64,000 nucleotides of DNA from positions 6,572,001 through 6,636,000 of the forward strand of contig NC_090398.1 in NCBI RefSeq assembly GCF_036365525.1. Direction: 5' to 3'. A model generated the notes under the pieces. That model did not search any database. It was not told the origin of the DNA and saw nothing but the letters and a program-made list of their open reading frames with translations. Below are positions 47,679-58,229 of the stretch, piece by piece. The position numbers were made by a program, and so were the translations under genes. The DNA comes from Heterodontus francisci. Taxonomy: Eukaryota. The first letter of the stretch is position 1. Every line of letters starts with the position of its first letter.

Positions 47679-50600
47679 ATTAGGGTCAGTGTTTCGGGTC
47701 AGTGTTTAGGGTCAGTGTTTAGGGTCAGTGTTTCGGGTCAGTGTTTAGGGTCAGTGTTTAGGGTCAGTGTTTAGGGTCAGTGTTTCGGGTCAGTGATTCG
47801 GGTCAGTGATTCGGGTCAGTGTTTCGGGTCAGTGATTCGGGTCAGTGTTTAGGGTCAGTGTTTAGGGTCAGTGTTTCGGGTCAGTGATTCGGGTCAGTGT
47901 TTCGGGTCAGTGTTTCGGGTCAGTGTTTAGGGTCAGTGTTTCGGGTCAGTGTTTAGGGTCAGTGTTTCGGGTCAGTGTTTCGGGTCAGTGTTTCGGGTCA
48001 GTGATTCGGGTCAGTGATTCGGGTCAGTGATTCGGGTCAGTGTTTCGGGTCAGTGATTCGGGTCAGTGTTTCGGGTCAGTGTTTAGGGTCAGTGTTTAGG
48101 GTCAGTGATTAGGGTCAGTGTTTCGGGTCAGTGTTTAGGGTCAGTGTTTCGGGTCAGTGTTTCGGGTCAGTGATTCGGGTCAGTGTTTAGGGTCAGTGTT
48201 TAGGGTCAGTGTTTAGGGTCAGTGTTTAGGGTCAGTGATTCGGGTCAGTGTTTAGGGTCAGTGATTCGGGTCAGTGTTTCGGGTCAGTGATTCGGGTCAG
48301 TGTTTAGGGTCAGTGATTCGGGTCAGTGTTTCGGGTCAGTGATTCGGGTCAGTGTTTCGGGTCAGTGATTCGGGTCAGTGTTTAGGGTCAGTGTTTCGGG
48401 TCAGTGTTTCGGGTCAGTGTTTCGGGTCAGTGTTTAGGGTCAGTGTTTAGGGTCAGTGTTTAGGGTCAGTGTTTAGGGTCAGTGTTTCGGGTCAGTGTTT
48501 AGGGTCAGTGATTCGGGTCAGTGATTCGGGTCAGTGATTCGGGTCAGTGTTTCGGGTCAGTGATTCGGGTCAGTGTTTCGGGTCAGTGTTTCGGGTCAGT
48601 GTTTCGGGTCAGTGTTTAGGGTCAGTGATTCGGGTCAGTGATTCGGGTCAGTGTTTCGGGTCAGTGTTTAGGGTCAGTGTTTCGGGTCAGTATTTAGGGT
48701 CAGTGTTTCGGGTCAGTGTTTAGGGTCAGTGTTTCGGGTCAGTGTTTAGGGTCAGTGATTCGGGTCAGTGTTTCGGGTCAGTGATTCGGGTCAGTGATTC
48801 GGGTCAGTGTTTCGGGTCAGTGATTCGGGTCAGTGTTTCGGGTCAGTGTTTAGGGTCAGTGATTAGGGTCAGTGTTTCGGGTCAGTGTTTAGGGTCAGTG
48901 TTTAGGGTCAGTGTTTAGGGTCAGTGTTTCGGGTCAGTGATTCGGGTCAGTGTTTCGGGTCAGTGTTTAGGGTCAGTGTTTAGGGTCAGTGTTTAGGGTC
49001 AGTGTTTCGGGTCAGTGTTTCGGGTCAGTGTTTCGGGTCAGTGTTTCGGGTCAGTGATTCGGGTCAGTGTTTAGGGTCAGTGTTTCGGGTCAGTGTTTCG
49101 GGTCAGTGATTCGGGTCAGTGATTCGGGTCAGTGTTTAGGGTCAGTGATTCGGGTCAGTGTTTCGGGTCAGTGTTTCGGGTCAGTGATTCGGGTCAGTGA
49201 TTCGGGTCAGTGATTCGGGTCAGTGATTCGGGTCAGTGTTTCGGGTCAGTGATTCGGGTCAGTGATTCGGGTCAGTGTTTCGGGTCAGTGTTTAGGGTCA
49301 GTGTTTCGGGTCAGTGTTTCGGGTCAGTGTTTCGGGTCAGTGTTTCGGGTCAGTGTTTCGGGTCAGTGATTCGGGTCAGTGATTCGGGTCAGTGATTCGG
49401 GTCAGTGATTCGGGTCAGTGATTCGGGTCAGTGTTTAGGGTCAGTGTTTAGGGTCAGTGTTTCGGGTCAGTGTTTAGGGTCAGTGTTTCGGGTCAGTGTT
49501 TCGGGTCAGTGTTTCGGGTCAGTGATTAGGGTCAGTGATTCGGGTCAGTGATTCGGGTCAGTGTTTCGGGTCAGTGTTTCGGGTCAGTGTTTCGGGTCAG
49601 TGTTTCGGGTCAGTGATTCGGGTCAGTGATTCGGGTCAGTGTTTAGGGTCAGTGATTCGGGTCAGTGTTTCGGGTCAGTGATTAGGGTCAGTGATTCGGG
49701 TCAGTGATTCGGGTCAGTGATTCGGGTCAGTGTTTCGGGTCAGTGATTCGGGTCAGTGTTTCGGGTCAGTGATTCGGGTCAGTGATTCGGGTCAGTGTTT
49801 CGGGTCAGTGTTTAGGGTCAGTGTTTCGGGTCAGTGTTTCGGGTCAGTGATTCGGGTCAGTGATTCGGGTCAGTGATTCGGGTCAGTGTTTAGGGTCAGT
49901 GTTTAGGGTCAGTGTTTAGGGTCAGTGTTTCGGGTCAGTGTTTAGGGTCAGTGTTTCGGGTCAGTGTTTCGGGTCAGTGATTCGGGTCAGTGTTTCGGGT
50001 CAGTGATTCGGGTCAGTGTTTCGGGTCAGTGATTCGGGTCAGTGTTTAGGGTCAGTGTTTAGGGTCAGTGATTCGGGTCAGTGATTCGGGTCAGTGATTC
50101 GGGTCAGTGTTTCGGGTCAGTGTTTAGGGTCAGTGTTTAGGGTCAGTGTTTCGGGTCAGTGATTCGGGTCAGTGTTTAGGGTCAGTGTTTAGGGTCAGTG
50201 ATTCGGGTCAGTGATTCGGGTCAGTGTTTAGGGTCAGTGTTTAGGGTCAGTGTTTAGGGTCAGTGATTAGGGTCAGTGTTTCGGGTCAGTGTTTAGGGTC
50301 AGTGATTAGGGTCAGTGTTTCGGGTCAGTGATTCGGGTCAGTGTTTAGGGTCAGTGTTTCGGGTCAGTGATTCGGGTCAGTGTTTAGGGTCAGTGTTTCG
50401 GGTCAGTGTTTCGGGTCAGTGTTTCGGGTCAGTGTTTCGGGTCAGTGTTTCGGGTCAGTGTTTCGGGTCAGTGATTCGGGTCAGTGTTTCGGGTCAGTGT
50501 TTCGGGTCAGTGATTCGGGTCAGTGATTCGGGTCAGTGATTCGGGTCAGTGTTTCGGGTCAGTGTTTCGGGTCAGTGATTCGGGTCAGTGATTCGGGTCA

Positions 50601-53600
50601 GTGTTTCGGGTCAGTGATTCGGGTCAGTGATTCGGGTCAGTGTTTCGGGTCAGTGTTTCGGGTCAGTGTTTCGGGTCAGTGATTCGGGTCAGTGTTTAGG
50701 GTCAGTGTTTCGGGTCAGTGATTCGGGTCAGTGTTTCGGGTCAGTGTTTCGGGTCAGTGTTTCGGGTCAGTGATTCGGGTCAGTGATTCGGGTCAGTGTT
50801 TCGGGTCAGTGATTCGGGTCAGTGATTCGGGTCAGTGTTTCGGGTCAGTGATTCGGGTCAGTGATTCGGGTCAGTGTTTAGGGTCAGTGTTTCGGGTCAG
50901 TGTTTCGGGTCAGTGTTTCGGGTCAGTGTTTCGGGTCAGTGATTCGGGTCAGTGATTCGGGTCAGTGTTTCGGGTCAGTGTTTCGGGTCAGTGATTCGGG
51001 TCAGTGATTCGGGTCAGTGTTTCGGGTCAGTGTTTCGGGTCAGTGATTCGGGTCAGTGTTTCGGGTCAGTGTTTCGGGTCAGTGTTTCGGGTCAGTGTTT
51101 CGGGTCAGTGTTTCGGGTCAGTGATTCGGGTCAGTGATTAGGGTCAGTGATTAGGGTCAGTGATTAGGGTCAGTGATTAGGGTCAGTGATTAGGGTCAGT
51201 GTTTCGGGTCAGTGTTTCGGGTCAGTGATTCGGGTCAGTGTTTAGGGTCAGTGTTTCGGGTCAGTGTTTAGGGTCAGTGTTTAGGGTCAGTGTTTCGGGT
51301 CAGTGATTAGGGTCAGTGATTCGGGTCAGTGATTCGGGTCAGTGTTTCGGGTCAGTGTTTCGGGTCAGTGTTTAGGGTCAGTGTTTAGGGTCAGTCTCCC
51401 CCCCCTCCCCCTCCCCCTCTCCGGTTCCCTTGTCTCAGTATTAAAGATGGAGACTGACCATCCACAGTGATTCGGGTCAGTGTTTCGGGTCAGTGTTTCG
51501 GGTCAGTGATTCGGGTCAGTGTTTCGGGTCAGTGATTCGGGTCAGTGATTCGGGTCAGTGATTCGGGTCAGCGATTCGGGTCAGTGTTTCGGGTCAGTGA
51601 TTCGGGTCAGTGATTCGGGTCAGTGTTTCGGGTCAGTGATTCGGGTCAGTCTCCCTCCCCCCCCCCCCCCCCCTCCCCCTCCCCCTCTCCGGTTCCCTTG
51701 TCTCAGTATTAAAGATGGAGACTGACCATCCACAGTGATTCGGGTCAGTGTTTCGGGTCAGTGTTTCGGGTCAGTGATTCGGGTCAGTGTTTCGGGTCAG
51801 TGATTCGGGTCAGTGTTTCGGGTCAGTGATTCGGGTCAGTGTTTCGGGTCAGTGTTTCGGGTCAGTGATTAGGGTCAGTGTTTCGGGTCAGTGATTCGGG
51901 TCAGTGATTCGGGTCAGTGATTAGGGTCAGTGTTTCGGGTCAGTGATTCGGGTCAGTGATTCGGGTCAGTGTTTCGGGTCAGTGTTTCGGGTCAGTGATT
52001 CGGGTCAGTGATTCGGGTCAGTGATTCGGGTCAGTGTTTCGGGTCAGTGTTTCGGGTCAGTGTTTCGGGTCAGTGTTTCGGGTCAGTGTTTCGGGTCAGT
52101 GATTCGGGTCAGTGTTTCGGGTCAGTGTTTCGGGTCAGTGATTAGGGTCAGTGTTTCGGGTCAGTGATTAGGGTCAGTGATTCGGGTCAGTGTTTAGGGT
52201 CAGTGATTCGGGTCAGTGTTTCGGGTCAGTGATTCGGGTCAGTGTTTCGGGTCAGTGATTCGGGTCAGTGATTCGGGTCAGTGATTCGGGTCAGTGATTC
52301 GGGTCAGTGTTTCGGGTCAGTGTTTCGGGTCAGTGATTAGGGTCAGTGATTAGGGTCAGTGATTCGGGTCAGTGATTCGGGTCAGTGATTCGGGTCAGTG
52401 TTTCGGGTCAGTGTTTCGGGTCAGTGTTTCGGGTCAGTGATTCGGGTCAGTGTTTCGGGTCAGTGATTCGGGTCAGTGTTTCGGGTCAGTGATTCGGGTC
52501 AGTGATTCGGGTCAGTGTTTCGGGTCAGTGTTTCGGGTCAGTGTTTCGGGTCAGTGATTCGGGTCAGTGATTCGGGTCAGTGTTTCGGGTCAGTGTTTAG
52601 GGTCAGTGATTCGGGTCAGTGTTTCGGGTCAGTGTTTAGGGTCAGTGTTTCGGGTCAGTGATTCGGGTCAGTGTTTCGGGTCAGTGTTTAGGGTCAGTGT
52701 TTCGGGTCAGTGTTTCGGGTCAGTGATTCGGGTCAGTGATTCGGGTCAGTGTTTCGGGTCAGTGTTTAGGGTCAGTGTTTCGGGTCAGTGTTTAGGGTCA
52801 GTGATTCGGGTCAGTCTCCCTCCCCCCCCCTCCCCCTCCCACCCTCCGGTTCCCTTGTCTCAGTATTAAAGATGGAGACTGACCATCCACAGTGATTCGG
52901 GTCAGTGTTTCGGGTCAGTGTTTCGGGTCAGTGTTTCGGGTCAGTGATTCGGGTCAGTGATTCGGGTCAGTGATTCGGGTCAGTGTTTCGGGTCAGTGTT
53001 TCGGGTCAGTGTTTAGGGTCAGTGATTCGGGTCAGTGTTTCGGGTCAGTGTTTAGGGTCAGTGATTCGGGTCAGTGTTTCGGGTCAGTGTTTAGGGTCAG
53101 TGTTTAGGGTCAGTGTTTCGGGTCAGTGTTTCGGGTCAGTGATTCGGGTCAGTGTTTCGGGTCAGTGATTCGGGTCAGTGATTCGGGTCAGTGATTCGGG
53201 TCAGTGTTTCGGGTCAGTGTTTCGGGTCAGTGTTTCGGGTCAGTGTTTCGGGTCAGTGATTCGGGTCAGTGATTCGGGTCAGTGATTCGGGTCAGTGATT
53301 CGGGTCAGTGTTTAGGGTCAGTGTTTCGGGTCAGTATTTAGGGTCAGTGTTTCGGGTCAGTGATTCGGGTCAGTGTTTCGGGTCAGTGTTTCGGGTCAGT
53401 GTTTCGGGTCAGTGATTCGGGTCAGTGATTCGGGTCAGTGATTCGGGTCAGTGATTCGGGTCAGTGTTTCGGGTCAGTGTTTCGGGTCAGTGTTTAGGGT
53501 CAGTGATTCGGGTCAGTGTTTCGGGTCAGTGTTTAGGGTCAGTGTTTCGGGTCAGTGTTTCGGGTCAGTGATTCGGGTCAGTGTTTCGGGTCAGTGTTTC

Positions 53601-56200
53601 GGGTCAGTGTTTAGGGTCAGTGATTCGGGTCAGTGTTTCGGGTCAGTGTTTCGGGTCAGTGTTTAGGGTCAGTGTTTCGGGTCAGTGTTTCGGGTCAGTG
53701 ATTCGGGTCAGTGATTCGGGTCAGTGTTTCGGGTCAGTGTTTCGGGTCAGTGTTTAGGGTCAGTGTTTCGGGTCAGTGTTTCGGGTCAGTGTTTAGGGTC
53801 AGTGATTCGGGTCAGTCTCCCTCCCCCCCCCCCTCCCCCTCCCACCCTCCGGTTCCCTTGTCTCAGTATTAAAGATGGAGACTGACCATCCACAGTGATT
53901 CGGGTCAGTGATTCGGGTCAGTGTTTCGGGTCAGTGATTCGGGTCAGTGTTTCGGGTCAGTGTTTCGGGTCAGTGTTTAGGGTCAGTGTTTCGGGTCAGT
54001 GTTTCGGGTCAGTGTTTCGGGTCAGTGTTTAGGGTCAGTGATTCGGGTCAGTCTCCCTCCCCCCCCCCCTCCCCCTCCCACCCTCCGGTTCCCTTGTCTC
54101 AGTATTAAAGATGGAGACTGACCATCCACAGTGATTCGGGTCAGTGATTCGGGTCAGTGATTCGGGTCAGTGTTTCGGGTCAGTGTTTCGGGTCAGTGTT
54201 TCGGGTCAGTGATTCGGGTCAGTGATTCGGGTCAGTGATTCGGGTCAGTGATTCGGGTCAGTGATTCGGGTCAGTGTTTCGGGTCAGTGTTTCGGGTCAG
54301 TGATTCGGGTCAGTGATTCGGGTCAGTGTTTCGGGTCAGTGTTTCGGGTCAGTGTTTCGGGTCAGTGTTTCGGGTCAGTGATTCGGGTCAGTGATTCGGG
54401 TCAGTGATTCGGGTCAGTGATTCGGGTCAGTGATTCGGGTCAGTGATTCGGGTCAGTGATTCGGGTCAGTGTTTCGGGTCAGTGATTCGGGTCAGTGATT
54501 CGGGTCAGTGTTTCGGGTCAGTGTTTCGGGTCAGTGATTCGGGTCAGTGTTTCGGGTCAGTGATTCGGGTCAGTGATTCGGGTCAGTGATTCGGGTCAGT
54601 GTTTCGGGTCAGTGATTCGGGTCAGTGTTTCGGGTCAGTGATTCGGGTCAGTGATTCGGGTCAGTGTTTCGGGTCAGTGTTTCGGGTCAGTGATTCTGGT
54701 CAGTGATTCGGGTCAGTGTTTCGGGTCAGTGTTTCGGGTCAGTGTTTCGGGTCAGTGATTCGGGTCAGTGATTCGGGTCAGTGATTCGGGTCAGTGATTC
54801 GGGTCAGTGATTCGGGTCAGTGATTCGGGTCAGTGTTTCGGGTCAGTGTTTCGGGTCAGTGTTTCGGGTCAGTGTTTCGGGTCAGTGATTCGGGTCAGTG
54901 ATTCGGGTCAGTGATTAGGGTCAGTGTTTCGGGTCAGTGATTCGGGTCAGTGTTTAGGGTCAGTGTTTCGGGTCAGTGATTCGGGTCAGTGATTCGGGTC
55001 AGTGTTTCGGGTCAGTGATTCGGGTCAGTGTTTCGGGTCAGTGATTCGGGTCAGTGATTCGGGTCAGTGATTCGGGTCAGTGATTCGGGTCAGTGTTTCG
55101 GGTCAGTGTTTCGGGTCAGTGTTTCGGGTCAGTGTTTCGGGTCAGTGATTCGGGTCAGTGTTTCGGGTCAGTGTTTCGGGTCAGTGTTTCGGGTCAGTGT
55201 TTCGGGTCAGTGTTTCGGGTCAGTGTTTCGGGTCAGTGTTTCGGGTCAGTGTTTCGGGTCAGTGATTCGGGTCAGTGTTTCGGGTCAGTGTTTCGGGTCA
55301 GTGATTCGGGTCAGTGTTTCGGGTCAGTGATTCGGGTCAGTGATTCGGGTCAGTGTTTCGGGTCAGTGATTCGGGTCAGTGATTCGGGTCAGTGATTCGG
55401 GTCAGTGATTCGGGTCAGTGTTTCGGGTCAGTGTTTCGGGTCAGTGATTCGGGTCAGTGATTCGGGTCAGTGTTTCGGGTCAGTGATTCGGGTCAGTGAT
55501 TCGGGTCAGTGATTCGGGTCAGTGTTTCGGGTCAGTGATTCGGGTCAGTGATTCGGGTCAGTGATTCGGGTCAGTGTTTCGGGTCAGTGATTCGGGTCAG
55601 TGTTTCGGGTCAGTGATTCGGGTCAGTGATTCGGGTCAGTGATTCGGGTCAGTGTTTCGGGTCAGTGATTCGGGTCAGTGATTCGGGTCAGTGTTTCGGG
55701 TCAGTGTTTAGGGTCAGTGATTCGGGTCAGTGATTCGGGTCAGTGATTCGGGTCAGTGTTTCGGGTCAGTGATTCGGGTCAGTGATTCGGGTCAGTGATT
55801 CGGGTCAGTGTTTCGGGTCAGTGTTTCGGGTCAGTGATTCGGGTCAGTGTTTCGGGTCAGTGTTTCGGGTCAGTGTTTAGGGTCAGTGATTCGGGTCAGT
55901 GATTCGGGTCAGTGTTTCGGGTCAGTGATTCGGGTCAGTGTTTCGGGTCAGTGTTTAGGGTCAGTCTCCCCCCCCTCCCCCTCCCCCTCCCCCTCTCCGG
56001 TTCCCTTGTCTCAGTATTAAAGATGGAGACTGACCATCCACAGTGATTCGGGTCAGTGTTTCGGGTCAGTGTTTAGGGTCAGTCTCCCCCCCCTCCCCCT
56101 CCCCCTCCCCCTCTCCGGTTCCCTTGTCTCAGTATTAAAGATGGAGACTGACCATCCACAGTGATTCGGGTCAGTGTTTCGGGTCAGTGTTTAGGGTCAG
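47679..56200. repeat. 13-bp minisatellite GGGTCAGTG[A/T]TT[C/A], ~600 copies, with 7 internal copies of a flank-derived cassette
   Basis: Direct periodicity; the unit is half of the 27-mer. Confidence 0.98.
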
Positions 56201-56295
56201 TCTCCCCCCCCTCCCCCTCTCCGGTTCCCTTGTCTCAGTATTAAAGATGGAGACTGACCATCCACATTGATGGAGGCAGCTCGCTGACAGCCGAA

Positions 56296-56338
56296 AAAAT
56301 GGCGGATACTCCCCTCCCTCCCTCCCTCCCGCCATCTT
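56296..56338. promoter_or_regulatory. Inverted pair of YY1 motifs (AAAATGGCGG; CCGCCATCTT) at the start of TMEM17 intron 1
   Basis: Match to the CCGCCATNTT consensus. Confidence 0.55.
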
Positions 56339-56346
56339 CCGCTCAC

Positions 56347-56464
56347 CTATCCAGCATTTCAACTCCCTTTCCGTCTCCTCCAGCCCCCGGCGGACATTGA
56401 AGACGCTCTCGCTGAGGAGACTGAGGCGCCGGCGGATCGGCTCCGGGATCGGACTGCGCTCCAT
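56347..56464 (-). CDS. TMEM17: TMEM17-family exon 1 (MERSPIPEPIRRRLSLLSESVFNVRRGLEETERELKCWI-G)
   Basis: ATG 56464-62, donor G|GTGAGC phase 1 compatible with exon 2; aligns to MELPDPVRQRLGNFSRAVF. Confidence 0.9.
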
Positions 56465-57390
56465 CTCAGCGCCGCGGTGTTACCCTGGCAGCGGGGCTGG
56501 GGGCGGGGCCAGCAGCGCTCCATCCCATCGCCGCGGTGTTACCCTGGCAGCGGGGCTGGGGGCGGGGCCAGCAGCGCTCCATCCCATCGCCGCGGTGTTA
56601 CCCTGACAGCGGGGCTGGGGGCGGGGCCAGCAGCGCTCCATCCCATCGCCGCAGTGTTACCCTGGCAGCGGGGCTGGGGGCGGGGCCAGCAGCGCTCCAT
56701 CCCATCGCCGCGGTGTTACCCTGGCAGCGGGGCTGGGGGCGGGGCCAGCAGCGCTCCATCCCATCGCCGAGCAGTTACCCTGGCAGCGGGGCTGGGGGCG
56801 GGGCCAGCAGCGCTCCATCCCATCGCCGAGCAGTTACCCTGGCAGCGGGGCTGGGGGCGGGGCCAGCAGCCCTCCATCCCATCGCCGCGGTGTTACCCTG
56901 GCAGCGGGGCTGGGGGCGGGGCCAGCAGCGCTCCATCCCATCGCCGAGCAGTTACCCTGGCAGCGGGGCTGGGGGCGGGGCCAGCAGCGCTCCATCCCAT
57001 CGCCGAGCAGTTACCCTGGCAGCGGGGCTGGGGGCGGGGCCAGCAGCGCTCCATCCCATCGCCGAGCAGTTACCCTGGCAGCGGGGCTGGGGGCGGGGCC
57101 AGCAGCGCTCCATCTCAGCGCCGCGGTGTTCCCCTGACAGCGGGGCTGGGGGCGGGGCCAGCAGCGCTCCATCCCATCGCCGAGCAGTTACCCTGGCAGC
57201 GGGGCTGGGGGCGGGGCCAGCAGCGCTCCATCCCATCGCCGCGGTGTTACCCTGGCAGCGGGGCTGGGGGCGGGGCCAGCAGCGCTCCATCTCAGCGCCG
57301 CGGTGTTCCCCTGGCAGCGGGGCTGGGGGCGGGACCAGCAGCGCTCCATCCCATCGCCGGGCGGTTACCCATGGCAGCGGGGGCGGGACC
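56456..57390. repeat. 59-bp VNTR x16 overlapping TMEM17 start/promoter (X-box-like + GC box + ATG)
   Basis: Units start at 56456, 56515 ... 57341. Confidence 0.96.
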
Positions 57391-57594
57391 AGCCGCAGGG
57401 AACAGGCGCCATGATGTTACAAGGCATCCAAATCCCCACACACACTAAGCAAAAAGTTAATGTCGGAGGTCCTCCATATCCGGCGTTGTTTAAAGGAAAA
57501 CGGGGAAATGGAGAGTTTTTAAAAAAAATGAGTCATGGCGAAACGATCGGGGAAAACCGTTATTAGCAGCATCTGACCTCACTAGCCCATTAAA

Positions 57595-57895
57595 ACCTGA
57601 GCGGCTGTGCGCAGACGCGGATAATTGCGGGCGCTTGCCCCGCTCCTCCTTCGTCACTAGTTCCGCCCCGCAAGGCGTCCCTGACCAGACGCATGTCGTC
57701 ACTGGCCCCGCCCCAGTTACGCGTCACCGCACCCGTTCACGTGACGTCATCGGCCGCGCCCCGCCTTTGTCCCTTTGTGAGCCGGCTGTGCGGCCCGGGA
57801 CCTGCCCCACCCCTCTCTTCACCCCGCCCCCACCCTCATAGCGGCCTGTTCCCCACCCCCACCCACCCCCCGCCAGACAGACAGGGCGGCGCGAG
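57595..57895. promoter_or_regulatory. CpG-island (bidirectional) promoter with overlapping E-box/CLEAR and CRE (TCACGTGACGTCA, 57737-57749) and GC boxes
   Basis: Dense CpG, several CCCCGCCC; lies between divergent first exons. Confidence 0.75.
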
Positions 57896-57986
57896 ATGGA
57901 AGACCAGGTCATCGTGGATGGACTGCGCAAGCGCATCCGCGCCTTCGAGGACGTCATCGACGCCGACCAGCTGCCGTTCCAGCCAG
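57896..57986 (+). CDS. First coding exon of an unidentified gene (MEDQVIVDGLRKRIRAFEDVIDADQLPFQP-G)
   Basis: Strong Kozak (GAGATGG), strong third-position C/G codon bias, donor CAG|GTGAGC at 57987, downstream of CpG promoter. Confidence 0.75.
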
Positions 57987-58229
57987 GTGAGCGCCAGCCT
58001 CAAAGATGGCCGCGCCCGGAGCTCGGCGAGGGCGAAATTGATGGGGCTGCCATCTTTGATCCTGGCTACCCACTCGTCAAGTGGCTGAGATAGCAGGAGG
58101 AGGCCATTCAGCCCTTCCCCTCATTCCCCTTGAGCTTGTTTTGTTCCACCATTCAATTAGGTCAGGGCAGTTCTGTATTTTTAACTGTGTCTTCTACTTC
58201 TACATGTCTAAATAACTCATGGAATTGGC

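Noticed and set aside
41205-47774. Long (MSLITDPNP)n / (IRDIGLGSV)n ORFs
   Set aside because: Translations of the intronic 27-bp repeat; open on both strands with no coding signals.
51389-56266. CRISPR-like repeat/spacer pattern
   Set aside because: The spacers are themselves tandem 13-mers of variable length, there are no cas genes, and the context is vertebrate.
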